The notes beneath the pieces were generated by a model. That model saw nothing but the letters and a program-made list of their open reading frames with translations, had not been told where the DNA came from and did not search any database. From Cyanophora paradoxa CCMP329 (Eukaryota; Plantae; Glaucophyta): 51,103 bases of DNA. Both the position numbers and the translations under genes were made by a program. The stretch is from the NCBI GenBank assembly GCA_004431415.1, contig QPMI01000694.1:1-51103 (forward strand). Reading direction: 5' to 3'. Every line of letters begins with the position of its first letter. Within the stretch, counting starts at the first letter, position 1. Of this stretch, positions 1 to 12,769 are shown piece by piece.

Positions 1-667
1 TACACCTGCGTTCAGCATGACGCAGCCGAACGCACCCGAATCGGCGATTCCGCCGACCGGCCACGCCAGCCTGCAGTGGAGCAAGCTAGCTCAGCGCTTC
101 TTCTCCAAATCCCCTGCGGCGGGCGCGATCCAGCGAACCTTGCTCGATCCGTGGCCTGACGGCGTTCAGTCTTCCTGGATGATGCCCTGGCAGTCCGACG
201 GATCCTCTCAGTCGCTCTTGGACTCTTACAACTGGGGCTTCCTAAGCCCGGTACGCTCGTTCTCGGCCCGGCCGCCCGTCGGTTAGAAGATCTTCGACCG
301 GCTATCTCGGGGCCGTGCCGCCAACCGCGGCCGTGCACTTAGAACCCTAGCCCGAGCACTATCTCAAGAGTCTCGCTCGTTTAAGTGTCTGAGCCCGACA
401 GCCCTTCCTTTTCTTTGTTTTCCCCTTCTCGATTCCGTCGCGACGCACACTTACGCATCTCGCGCATGGCCTCGCGACGGCTGGGTCGACGCGGCGATGA
501 CGGGCGCGACGAACTCCGCCTCGAAGCCGCCCCGACCACACCCGCGCCGCCATGCCCTGCCTGACATGCCGGCGGCGCGGCGCAGATGACGGCGGCCACC
601 GAGCGAGAGAGCCAAAAACGGTGGCGCTCCAGGACCTCGGCGGCCGCCATCATCATACCTTGCGCGG

Positions 668-1300
668 TGTCCCGGCAGAGCCCGGCGCGCACACCGGCAG
701 GAAGGCGGAGCGGCTCGCGGCCGGCGCGCCGGCGAGCCCCGCAGAGCGTCGAGGCACGACTGCGTGCTCCGCTTTCTTCCCCTGTGCGATGTCCCGGCGG
801 AGCCCGGCGCGTACATCGACAGGAAGGCGGCGAGACCCACCGGCGCGCCGGGGTCTCCCGCGGGACGTCGAGGCACGGGTCGCGTGCTCCGTCCCACCTC
901 GCGCAGTGCCCCGGCGGAGACCGGCGCGTGCACTGGCGAGAAGGCGGAGAGGCTCGCGGCCGGCGCGCCGGCGAACCCCGCAGAGCGTCCAGGCACGCCC
1001 GCGTGCTCCGCTCCCCTCCTTTTTTCCCTGTGTGATGTCCCGGCGGAGCCCGGCGCGTACATCGACAGGAAGGCGGCGCGACCCACCGGCGCGCCGGCGG
1101 GCCCGCGGGACGTAGATGCACGGGCCGCGTGCTCCGTCCCACCTCGCGCAGTGCCCCGGCAGAGCCCGGCGCGCGCACTGGCGAGAAGGCGGAGAAGCTC
1201 GCGCCCGGCACGCCGGCGAGCCCCGCGGGACGTTGAGTCACAGTTACGTGCTCCGTCCTCTCCCGCGCGGTGCCCCGGCGGAGCCCGGCGCGCGCACCGG
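668..1300 (+). repeat. ~120-bp GC-rich tandem repeat, about 5.5 units in two alternating variants, in the 5' part of the YR element
   Basis: Units start near 668, 790, 907, 1036, 1152 and 1271 with tg(t/c)cccggc(a/g)gag(c/a)ccggcgcg...cgtgctccg. Mirrored at ~43920-44555. Confidence 0.85.
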
Positions 1301-1472
1301 CGAGGCAGCGGCGTTCCCCGTCGGCTCCGACGGCAGACCCCGCGAGAGTCGACGCGCGCCGCACCGCGCTCCTCTATCTAGCCTCCCCGCCCCTCCCCCG
1401 CCACGCCGCAGCCGCAACACACGGCTGACACGGCCCCGCGCAGATAAGGACGCCGGCAGCGGCAGCAAGGCG

Positions 1473-4400
1473 ATGAGCGTGTCCGCCTCCATGATCATCG
1501 ACTACTGGCGCCACGCGCCCGAACCGCATCGCCTCCTCTTCTGCGGCGACTGCGCGACGACGGCGGGGATCTTCCCCCGTTCCTCTCCAGCGGCACGCTC
1601 GACGGCGGTCTCATGGTGGGCCGCCCCCGTCACGCCTGCATGACCCCCGCTCGCTTATTAACCGACGGCCTGACAGTCTCGCCCGGCGGACGCGTCAACC
1701 ATGCTGGTCACTTCTCTCGTCCCGATCATCGCTTTCGCGGTCGACGAGGCTAGTTTCTACGCCGTCGCCCCGTGTTCTTCCGACCCACCAGCCCTGGCTA
1801 CATGTCCGCATGCCCCGCCTCTCGACGTCACGCGTTAACCGCGATCGCCAGCGACTACTCGGAGGTGCGCGACTCGGTTCCGCGGGAGCTGTTCAACGAG
1901 GCGGTACTCCGCTTCGGCGAGTCGGCCGCCGTACTCCTGGCTACCTTCGGCGCCACCTGCCTCGAGGTCACGGAGTTCTACGGCTACAAGTACGGCACCA
2001 TCCCTGTCGGCCTCCCGCGAGGGTTCCCGATTTACTACGACGACATTCCGTGCCGGTACGCCACTCCTCGCTCACCGTGCCGCGCCCCTCACCCTCCACA
2101 GTGACTGGGCGGCCCTCGAACCCTGGGAAAAAGTGACGGCGCTCGGTGCGCTCACTCAGCTCTACGCCTGGTCCCCGAGTCAGTCCCCAAGTACTCCAAG
2201 ACGGCGGTAGCCGACGCCCACGGCTGGCTCCGGCCCTTGCTTGTCACCTTCATCGAGAAAAGCAAGGCGCTCTCCCGCGATCACCGCAAGATCCTGCGCA
2301 ACGACATCGTCGCCGCCTTCGGCCTGGCCCCCGGTCCGGCCCGCGTCTCTCCAAAACGCGAGTGGCCGGCATCTCTTCCGGGCGGCCTGACAGTCGGCAC
2401 CGTCCCCTTCGGAAAAGTCCGCCCGCCGCGCGCTCGCTGCACGCCAGCGCACTCAGCGGTCGCCCGCTTCGCAGTTCTCGTTCGCCGACTTCTCTCGCGC
2501 TTGCGGCTTCCACCCGGCCCACTGGGACGCCTCCGCGGTGCTGCGCGACTGGGACCAGCCGGCCCACAAGGCCGTCAGCCTGTACTTCCCCCACATCTTG
2601 AAGGCGGCGGAGGCCGCGCGAAAACGCCGCGGCGCCGCGGCCTCGGGCGACGCCGACGCTGCCACCGCCGCCACCGCCAGCGCACCCCCAGCGGACCCCA
2701 AGTCGGTCCGCGCACACATTACCCCCTCTCGCCTCGCCCACGCTCGCTGCCGATGCTTCTTTTTTCGCGGGCAGCGAGCACGGGCTCCGAAGGTGGCACA
2801 TGGAGCGGCCGCGGCCCCCTCGGCACCCCCTCCGGCCCAGAAGCGCGCCGGTGCGCTACCCACCCCCGCTCATTTTTACCGCCGCCCACCCCGCCGCGCA
2901 GGGCAGCCCCGCCACCGGCCTCGCTCCTCCGCGCCGCCCGCGCCTGCCAAGCCGGCGGCTGCGGCCGGGAACACCGACACGCCGACGCGGACGCGGACGA
3001 CGACGTCGACCGCCCGCGCGCCTCGCGTCGACCCGCCCGCCTAAGCGGACCAAGGCGACCGAGCCTCGGCCCCGAAGGCCCCCCGGCGCCCGCAGACTCA
3101 GCCGACGAAGGCGGCGAGTCAGACGCCCCGCCTTCACCCGCCGAGGAGGCGGAAGCACAGGCCCCGCCACCCAAACCGCCAGAGCCGCAAGGCAAGACCG
3201 TCCGTCCACGCGCCCGCTGGCCTCCCGGCGGCTCACCCCGCCTAGGCGACCCCTTGAGATTCGCCTGGCCGACTTTCTGACCCGGCCCACTTCACCGCAG
3301 CCGACCGCGACAAGGCCCTGCAGTTGCCGAGACCCGCGACCTTCCACGCCGAACCCGGCCCCGCGTCTCGACCTGCCGCCCGTTCCGCCGCCAACCGCAG
3401 GCGCTCGCGGCGTCCATGCTGCAAGCCGGCCTCGCCAGCATGGCCGGCGGCGGCCCGCCTCCCCGTTCTGCCGCGGGAGTTCCGTCCCGTTCCTGCAGCA
3501 CAGCAGCAGCCCGCTACTCGGCCGCTTCACGGTCACGCAGCGGCTGGGTCGTCCAGGCGCCCCGCATTTCGCGGCTCCTGGCCTCCTCCGGCACCGCAAC
3601 CACGGCGCCGGCATGTTCCGGCTTCGGGGGCCGCAGACCGACTGGTTCGGCCCCGCCGACCCGGCTTCGGATGCCGCCCGCCGGCCCGCAGCTCCGCCCC
3701 GGCAGGCCGCTCCCACACCGCCGCGCACTCGCCGCGGCCCCGTGGGGTCCCGCCGCGCTCCGGCAGCCGCGGGGCCACCAGGCGCGCAGAAGCTCGCCCG
3801 CCGCCGCCGCAGCGCCGACAGAGCAGCCCCGACTCATCCTCCACCGCGCCCGACGTTCGTCCCAGCGACGCGAGATGGAGGACGAGGCGGAATCCGACGC
3901 CCCCGGCGACGAACCGCCGGCGAGGACGACTGGGCCGGCGACTGGGACTCGGACGACACCTCGACGCCGCAGGACGCCAGTCCCACGTCGACGCTCCCTC
4001 CGAGTCCGGTACGGACTCGTGCCGCCGCAGCCCAAACCCTCCTCGTCACACTGACCCGGGATCGTGCAGAATCCGCTGCCCCAGTGTACAGCGGCAAGGC
4101 GACGCGCGGCCACGCCAAGGAGAAGGCTCCCTCGGTCCGCGCTGATTGTTTTCCGCGGTCGGCCACAGCCCGCCGACATGCCTTTTTGCAGAGGCTCCGG
4201 CCCAAGAAGGCGCGCGGCGACGACAAGGCGAAGGGCGCCACGCCCAGCCAAGGCGACGGCGGCAGAGAAGGCCGCGCACGGCGAGCCCCTCGTCTACGAG
4301 GCCTCCCGAGCTCACGCTGCGCGAGACGGCCTTCGCCAAGCTCAACATTCCCTCACGGCGGTCGACAACTCCGCCGCGTCACGGACTTGGCCGCCCGTAT

Positions 4401-5244
4401 CAAGGAAATCGAGTCGTGCTTCGACAACGCCGTCTTCCCGGCGACAGTCAGCAGCGACCCTTCCCGACGAGCGCATCACCAGGCTCTTGCCAAGTACGGC
4501 ATCGCCTGCATGCGCGATCTGGCGCGCTTCTCCACGGCCTGGTGCTGCGCGACATGGGCAACTCGGAACTCCGCCAGGCCATCGCGGCGTTCGACCAGGT
4601 CGGCGACGTCATCAACCGCCTACCCGGCGGCCCGACCGGCCTCGCCAACTCCTGACGGACTGGAACGCCTCACCCGCGGTCTACAAGAAGCTTCGGGACA
4701 TCGCCCAGACGTCGGCGGTGCTCCAGGCCTGCCTCGAGGACGACCCGCTCTTCAAGCGTCTCCTCAAGCGGCTGCAAGACAGCGTGAGCGCGTGGACGGA
4801 GCCACGGGAGCTACTGTCGTCTACGGCCGGACGAGCCGCAAGCGGAGCTCCTTCTTCATGATGCCACCGCTCGCTCGCACGGAGCTTCCGCAGCCCGCCC
4901 GGACAAGGCCCCACTCGCCCCACACTCTCCCATGCGGCGCTCTTCTCCAGGCCTCGCAGGCCGGTCCGTCCGCCCCACCTGCTCCTCCGCCGGACCGACC
5001 CTCGGTCAGCCCACTCCTACGGCGGCGTCGCGACCTTCTCCTACGACGACGAGGTGACGTGAGGACCCCGGCTCCGGCGGGCAACCCACCGCGGCCAGCA
5101 GCGCGGGCGCGCCTGGAAGCAGGCCCGGCGGCAGTACGGGACTGCCAGCCGGCCCAGCCCAACCCACCACGTCAGCGGGGCGGAGGCGCGGCGGCGCCGT
5201 CCAGCGGCCCCCCGGCGCAAGCCGCAGCCGCCGCCGACGGCTGA
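1473..5244 (+). CDS. ORF1 (gag-position) region of YR element copy 1, frameshifted; may be more than one ORF
   Basis: Protein-like segments (IIDYWRHAPEPHRLLFCGDC; ELFNEAVLRFGESAAVLLATF; LAARIKEIESCFDNAVF; LQACLEDDPLFKRLL) upstream of RT. A cleaner version is the 570-aa ORF at 40076..41788. Boundaries approximate. Confidence 0.55.
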
Positions 5245-5414
5245 GCGCTTCCACTCCTGGCGCGGGTGTTTGCGGCGACACCCCTCGGCGGCTGCCGCGA
5301 CGCAAGGGGCCCCCGTGCCAGCCGTTCCCCCCGCCACGACCTTCCAGTAGACTGTGACCAGTCGCGTCCGCCGCCTGTACCGCTGTCTGTACCCTCGAGT
5401 ACACGCGTGTCTTT

Positions 5415-7414
5415 GTGCGCGACCCATTCGCAAAATTGCGAGCACTCGTAGCTGCACACGGGGACCCGGCCGTACGATTTCGCGGCGGCCGCACAGAAGT
5501 TTCGGGCGGGCAACTCCAGCATTACGCGCATGCTGGCGGGCTTACTTCCGGCGGGCTGACACGACGGTCCCTCGTGGGTGGGCCTCATCCTGCGCAAAGG
5601 CTTGCGCCTCCCACTCCAGCACGCCGACGGCACGCCGGCAGCGTCGTTAGCAGACATTCCCGCACGCGCGCCGAGGGCCCACGCCCCTCGTGCCACCGGA
5701 CCCCAGAACACGAAGCCTTCGTGGACAGCGAGGTCCGGCGATGCTGCGCCTCGGCGTCACCGCCTTGCCACCGAGGAAGACGAACAGCTCGTCGTTAACG
5801 AGTCTTCGCTCTTGTGGTCGACAAGGCCGGCCCAGACAAGTTCCGCCTGTGCCTCGACGCCACCCCGTGAACCCGTTCATCCGCTTGCCGACGTTCCGGT
5901 ACAAACACTGACGAGGTTGCGTCCTACCTCACCCCGGCTGCTGGCTGTGAAGTTCGACCTTAAAAAGGCTACTATCACATCGCCCTGAACAAGGACACCC
6001 AGCGCCTCTGGCGTTCCGTGGCGCGGCAAACTCTACATTTACCAGGCCCTTTGCTTCGGCGTGACATCGCCTGCTTCGCCTTCACGAAGGTCACGCGCGC
6101 CTTTGCAAGTACTGGCAGCGCTGGGCGTGAAGCTCTGCACGTACATCGACGACGGCCTGTTCATCTGCCCGTCGCGGAAATCGCGGAGCTCGTTCCAGCA
6201 CTACGTGCTTGCGCGCCGACTAGGCATTACGTTCTCGGAAAAGTCGACTTCACACCGACCAGTGCACCGAGTACCTCGGCATCGAGATCGACGTCCGTCC
6301 GACCGCGGCGTTTTCGCGGTGACCCGAAGAAGGTCGCAAAAACGCTCGCCGCCTCGCCGGCGTCTCGACGGGCGCCCGGCCCCGCGGCCTCACGGCGTCG
6401 GCTCGCGATCTGCAAAAGCTGGCGGGCTCACTCATCGCGCTGCGCATGGCGTTCCCGGCGTTCGTCTCATGACTCGGCCACTTTTCGGCTCATGTCGACC
6501 TGGACGCCCTCGCCGACCCTTCATCAGTCGGCGTCACCATCGAAGGCCAGCACTCGACTGCTCCGCGGCTCCAAGCGGCCTCCAACGCCGGAGCGCCCGG
6601 CGCACCCATCTGGACGCCTCGGACTTCTTCCGGCTGTTCACGGACGCCTCGGCTACGGCTACGCCGCCTTCCTCGATCAGCTCGAGTCCGCCGACCCACG
6701 GCCGTCCGCCAACGCCCGCGTGGTCCGTCTTCGGCACCTTCCCCCCGAACTCGCGCGAGCGAGGGCCCCATGCGGTGCGGCGAGACCAGCAGCAACGAAC
6801 GCGAGCTTCGCGCGATCGTGGCCGCCGCGGACGAGCTCTTCCGCCCTTCCGGTGGGTGCGCACGTTCTCATCCGCTTGCCGACAACCGCTCCGCCGTCGC
6901 GGCAGTCGCTCGGGGCGGCGGTTCGCCCGCCTCTTTGACCTGAGCGCTCGCCTCTGGCACCGCTGCGCGGCTCTCGGCGTCTCGATCTCCGCCCGCATTT
7001 GCCCGGCGCGGCCAACTCTTCGCCGACCGCGGTTCCGCGACGGCGCTCGCGCCCGTCGCTGCATCGGGCCTCCTCTCGCGGTGCCGCACGCACTAGACGC
7101 CCGCTTGCCGAGCACCACCACGTCGCCTTCGAGGACATCGTGCTTGGCAGCGTCCGCGCGAGCGCCCGACGTCCTTACGGTCGACTCCCGCTGCGCGCGG
7201 CCCTGATCGCTTCCCTCCGACGCTTCCAGCGTCCGGCCCTCTGGGCTCCTGCTCCCTCCAGCCCAGCACCACCTGGTCGGTGCCTCGGGGAGCTTCGCTC
7301 ACCCCGCCCCGCGCCGTCACCTCTTCCGCTTTCTAGCCTCCGTCCCACATCTTCTACTCTGGGCGCATCGGCTCGGCTCCTCCCGCTGGCCCTGGAACTG
7401 ACCTTTGGCAGTAA
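5415..7414 (+). CDS. DIRS-type reverse transcriptase-RNase H, copy 1, many frameshifts
   Basis: GGQLQHYAHAW...GLRLPL N-terminus typical of DIRS pol, KFDLKK, YQALCFG, YIDD (~6140-6153), RNase H LFTDAS. Confidence 0.9.
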
Positions 7415-8297
7415 CCCCGGCGCCCGCGGAGGCGGAGCTCGCGGCCTGGCAGGGGGCGGCCTTCGCCCCGCACGTCAGCGGGCCAACGGCGGGCGGCCCG
7501 CCGCTACTTCGAGTTCGTCGAGTGCCACGGCCTCGCGCCGGACGCAGAACGGTCCATCCTCCTCTTCCTGGCCGACGCGGCCACCCAGCGACGCCGCCAT
7601 TCCGGAAAAGACCTCGCGGCGAGCACCGTTAAAGGCCTCGCCGCCCACGTGTGGCGCGAACTCAAACTTCGCGGCCTCGTCGACCCCACCAGACCCCGCT
7701 CGTTCATGTACTCGACCGCATGGAGAGGCATGCAGGCCCGCCTGGGCCGCCCCGTAGCGCAACGCCGCGCCTTCTTGCCCGGCGACCTGCGCGCGTGGTT
7801 GACCACCCCATCGTTCCTGTCACGCGCCCCTCCCCGGCGCCTCCGCGACGCCACCGTCCTCGCGACCGGCATCGCGGGCTTCCTCCGGGGAGCGGAGCTG
7901 GTGGCGCTGCGGGTCGACGACCTCGAATTCTCACTCCTCCCTTCCCCCCGCATCGCCCTCCACATCCGGCGCTCCAAAACCGACAGGACCGCCCACGGCG
8001 CGGTGGTTTACCTCACCCCGGGCAAATGCCCCGCCTCGTGCCCCGTCCGCCTGCTGTGCGCGTACGTCGCGAGCACGGCGGTGCAGGCGGCGCCCGGGAC
8101 CCCCCTCTTCCCCCGCCTCTCCGATCCCGCCGCGGCCATCACCGTTGGTTTCGTCCGCCGCCTCGTGAAAGAGGCCGCGGAGGCCATCGGCTACGACCCG
8201 ACCGACTTCTCGGGCCACAGCTTGCGCCGCGGTGGCGCGACGGCCGCGGCCCGCCGGGGCCTCCCGGCCACTTGGATCCGACGGCATGGCCGCTGGG
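7405..8297 (+). pseudogene. Tyrosine recombinase, 5' part, disrupted by Polinton-like insertion
   Basis: RDATVLATGIAGFLRGAEL, SKTD, HSLRRGGAT, HGRW, then an abrupt switch into TIR sequence at 8298. Confidence 0.93.
8292..8297 (+). repeat. 6-bp target-site duplication GCTGGG, left copy (right copy 19528-19533)
   Basis: The uninterrupted allele (36740-36745, minus) has a single gctggg in ...catggcc-gctggg-cactgtac... Confidence 0.95.
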
Positions 8298-8598
8298 AAA
8301 AAATGAGAGTACCCCCATCAGGGTGGGCCCGCCCTCTTTGCCACCCTCAACCCCCAAACCCACCCCTCACTCACCCACTCCAGCGCCTTCCCAGCCCTCA
8401 TTCTTTCCCACTCTCTCGCTACGTCTACCGCCCTTCTCTCCCTCTGGTCTACCTCCCCTTCCATCCAGCAACCACTAGGTAGTATCTAGTGTCTAGGTCG
8501 ATCGATATTGCAAAACGATATAGCAGTGAATTGAGGCGGAGCGTCAGCCAGAAGGCTTCCTGCTCTTCGAGCCCCAAACGCGCCGGTCTTTGAATCAC
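8298..8598 (+). repeat. Left terminal inverted repeat
   Basis: aaaaaatgagagtacccccatcaggg... is the reverse complement of 19260-19527, apart from a few substitutions and one ~30-bp indel near the inner end. Confidence 0.93.
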
Positions 8599-8713
8599 CA
8601 ACGGGTCACCGCAATTGAGGTTTCTCTTATTTTGTCTTAAAGAGATCCCTTTCCAATATTGCTATGTGAAGTTGCGTTTGGAACAAGCAAAAAAATTGTG
8701 ATATATACTTCCA

Positions 8714-11700
8714 ATGGACGTTACCCAAAATAATGCAGCGACTCGGCGCTTCCGGTTGGCCAGAATCAAAGACCAGATCGAAGCGCTCGCGATTTCATTG
8801 TATAATCGACGCGTCATACATGGAGCTTTCAAAAATAAATTGATTAGAATTTCAGCACAAGGGTCGAGAACACGGTTTGCAACTTTGGAAAAGTACGCTT
8901 CACTTTTGAACGAACTTGCAAGACTTCCTAGGTCAGCGCGTCCTGTGTCAGGTCGTCGACTAGAGCTAGCGATTGCTGAGGGCCAGGCCGACATTGTTCG
9001 AGGGTTCTCAGAATTACCTGAGGTTGACGGTGGAGATGATGTTCAAATCAATGACAGCAATACGACTACAGCGCTTGACGGGCGATATGCGGAGTGGAAA
9101 TACCAATTGCCTCGCGGTTCTGGCCGCGTAACCTCGATGCAAGCCCGATTTGAGAACAACGAACTTTTCAAACAGAACGCAATAGCATTCGTTAGCGCCC
9201 AGGTAAATCTTGCAGAGGCGGTAAGAATGGGCATTGCACTACAAATCTCTGGATTAGCGGTATACAGAAAGCCAGAGACTGATACAACAATTGCAATCAT
9301 TATTGAGCATCGTCGTTTCGATCGCATCGAGCCAGGGGCAAGCATCGAGACTGCTCTGCGCTCACAGCTGGAAGAACTAGACATTCTTGCGACAGAGAAA
9401 AGCAGGGATTCCTCAGTTTTCGACACATGGATACATCTGGTCTTTAAAACTGTGCGATACTTCCGCCGCATGGGTGGTCGTGGACGTAGGTTCATACTCC
9501 CGCGGTGGCTTGTGGAGAAGCAGGCACTCATCAATATCGATGCTCCGAACAATGAATGCTTCAAGTATGCTGTACTTGCAGCTCAGCACGCGCTACGACC
9601 GGGCCAGGATTCACGCAGTGCTTGTCATTATCGACCGTATGAGAGCTCTTTAGACTGCACTATGCTCACATTTCCCACCCCGCTAGATTCAAAGGTTTTC
9701 AAAAAGTTCGAGCAGGCTAACAACGTAAACCTATGTATTTATACGACAGCATTAGATGAACAGGACATTGTACCAATCCATATCAGCGCAGCAAAAGACG
9801 CAATACCAATCTTGTATGTACCTGCAGGCAGCGACAATGATGTAGGGCATTATCTCTGGATCAAGAACATCTCACGTCTGTTTGGAAAACATGATTCTCC
9901 CGCCAAACACTATTGTCTTGCGTGTCAAACAGGTTTTAGCTCAGGTGCTGCGTTTGAGAATCATCTTAAATATGACCGTTGCCTCGATCGAGACGAGCAT
10001 GCGAGAGATGTTCTGCCTAGAAAAGGAGCCCACATCCAGAAGTTTATTAACTATGAGTACTCAATCCGGCAACGTCTGGTCGGATATGCTGATTCAGAGA
10101 CGATTACAATGCCGATTCCCTGCATTAGTGGAAAGACCGAAAAGAAAGGTGTGCATGTGATTGCTTCAGTCGGCTGTCTGGTTGTATCTTCGAAAGGTGA
10201 ACAATTTTGTTTCAAATACATGGGTTCGGAGAGCGAGGACTGCGCTGAGAAGTTCGTGCAATGGTTGGACGAAATGGAACCACAATTTCGAGAGCTCTTG
10301 CGAGAGACTGCACCAATCCAGATGACTCAGGAAGAGGAGCAGCGTTTTCAAACGAGGACCGAGTGCTACATGTGCACGGACACGTTCAAGGATGCGAAAG
10401 ACAAGCACCGCGATCACTGCCACGATTCTGGACGATACCTCGGGGCCGCCTGCAGAGCGTGCAATCGGCGTCGCGCAAAGGCAGCAGCCGTTCCAATATT
10501 CTGGCACAATGGTCGAGGATTTGACTTCCACCTGCTCGTGCGCGCTCTAGCATCTGGCTATAATCGCCGTTTAGCAGTTTGGAAGGAGTTTCAAGCACAT
10601 GTCGAAAGCGAGTTTGAAAGCAAGTACGGTGGACGTGAGATGACCCCAGAGCAGAAAAAGAAGGTGAAGAAGGGGCTCGAACGCCGGCTCCGCCCGCAGA
10701 GTCTCCTTTCGATAAAATTCGATCAGTTCTTTCAGAATAGCGAGCGAATTTCGCAGTTCAAGTATGGAATTTACGTTCTACGCGACTCGGCTCAGCACTT
10801 GAATGCAAGCTTGGACGAACTAGCAAAGGCTCTGCCCGCGGAAAGAAGAAGATCACGCGCTCGCTGCATCTGGACGAGACTCAGTTCAAGCTGATGACAG
10901 CAAAGGCATTTACCCTTATGATTACATGACGAGCTGGGCTCGCTTTCAGAGACTAAACCTGCACGTCGTTATTTCAAAAATCAGCTTAAACAGAAGAAAT
11001 GCTCGAAAGATGAGTACGCACATGCAAGGATGTTTGGCGAGAGCTCGGCTGCAGAATGCTATCAGACTATACAATGGAGTATATGATGACAGATACGTTA
11101 CTAGCGGACGTGTTCGAAAACTATCGCGATACGTGTATTGAAACGTATGGCCTAGATCCTAGCTATTTTATGTCATCGCCGGGATTTGCTTGGCAGGCAG
11201 CACTTAAGCACACTGGAGTGAAGCTCGAGCTCTTTCACGAGGGCAGCAGGATATGCACAGATTTATAGAATCGGGATCAGGGGCGGAATCTCAATGATCT
11301 CAAAACGCTACGCACAAGCTGAGAACAAATATTTGAGCATAAAGTTCAACAAATACACCCACGCTGTTGAGCCTACAGTCTCACAGTCTACATGCATGTC
11401 TAACTACTACCGAACACACAAGGAATCGTGGCTCATGTACCTCGATGCAAACAACTTGTACGGCGTCGCAATGAAGCGCAAGCTACCCACAGGAGATTTC
11501 CGCTGGGATAAACTAGATCAAGACGTCGATGTAATGCAATACGTTGCAAGCCTTGACGCGGATGGAGCTCGTGGCTATGCTCTCGAAGTCGATATGTACA
11601 TGCCTGAGCATCTCCACGACGAGTTCTCAGACTATCCGCTGGCCCCTGAACGGATGTGTGTGTCCAAGGAACACCTATCAAAGCGACAACAGGATATGAT

Positions 11701-12760
11701 TAACGACGAGAAGCTTACCTCAGTTGAACGAACTCCAAAGCTCGTTCCGAATCTGCTTCCAAAAAAGAATTATGTTGTTGATGGACGCTTGCTTCAGCTC
11801 TATACGTCACTGGGAATGATAGTAACCAACATCCATCGGGTCCTATCGTACGAACAAAGCGCATGGCTAGGGCGTTTCATAGATCTCAATACTCAAAAAC
11901 GTAAAGAATCGCAGTTCACATACCAGAAGGACCTTTACAAGTTGATGAACAACAGTGTCTTCGGAAAGACGATGGAGAACGTGAGAAAGCACTGCTTTTC
12001 AGAGCTTGTGACTTCGGGAGACCGTCTGGTGAAGATCAACAGCGAACCAAATCGGTTGAAGCAGGTGGTGATGTACGAAGAGAACCTTGTATTCGTTTCC
12101 AAGCGCAAAAGTGAGTACAATCTGAACAAACCTATCTACTGCGGGTTCGTCATCCTCGAACTTTCCAAGCTGCACATGTACCGCTTTTACTACCAGGTGC
12201 TCAAGCCGCTTTGGGGCCAGCGGCTGACACTATTAGGTACGGATACTGACAGTCTCATCATCGAGGTTCGCACCAAAGATATCTATGCTGATTTACGCTC
12301 AATCAAGCATGAGCTGGATGTTAGCGACTACCCAGAGACACATCGATTCTTCGATGGCATGACAGCCGATGAGGTTCGAGCTCTACGATCGATGGGGAAA
12401 ACTCCGGGATTATTCAAGGATGAGCTCCATGGTCTGCAAATGACAGAGTGGATCGCTAACCGGCCGAAATCTTACTATTATTCGCGTGAAGATTGCACGG
12501 ACAAGCAGGTATGCAAGGGTATTCAAAAGACGTACTACAACAGACTCACAAGGGATGTTTCTCTCCGGTGCGTCTGTCCTAAAGAGGGAGAAAAGCAATC
12601 GTATGACATCAAAGGAATTCTCGGTTTCCGCTCGAAACAACATGAGATTTATTTACAACGAACCTCGCGCCAGGCTCTCCATCCCCTTGATACCAAACGC
12701 TTCCTCGAGACTGACGGGATCAACACCCGAGCGATTGGCCATTATAAAAATCGCGCCTGA
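8714..12760 (+). CDS. polB: Protein-primed family B DNA polymerase with N-terminal extension (terminal protein/vOTU-like, Zn-finger/endonuclease VII-like insert); frameshifted at ~10850-11290
   Basis: ExoI YADSET, ExoII HNGRGFD, motif A YLDANNLYG, motif B KLMNNSVFGK, motif C GTDTDS, GLFKDE, RPKSY; DHCH...CRACN insert. Confidence 0.95.
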
Positions 12761-12769
12761 TTTACAACG

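Noticed and set aside
1-8297. Many overlapping R/P/A/G-rich ORFs here and at 36500-49700
   Set aside because: Shadow frames of very GC-rich DNA; only motif-bearing frames were kept.
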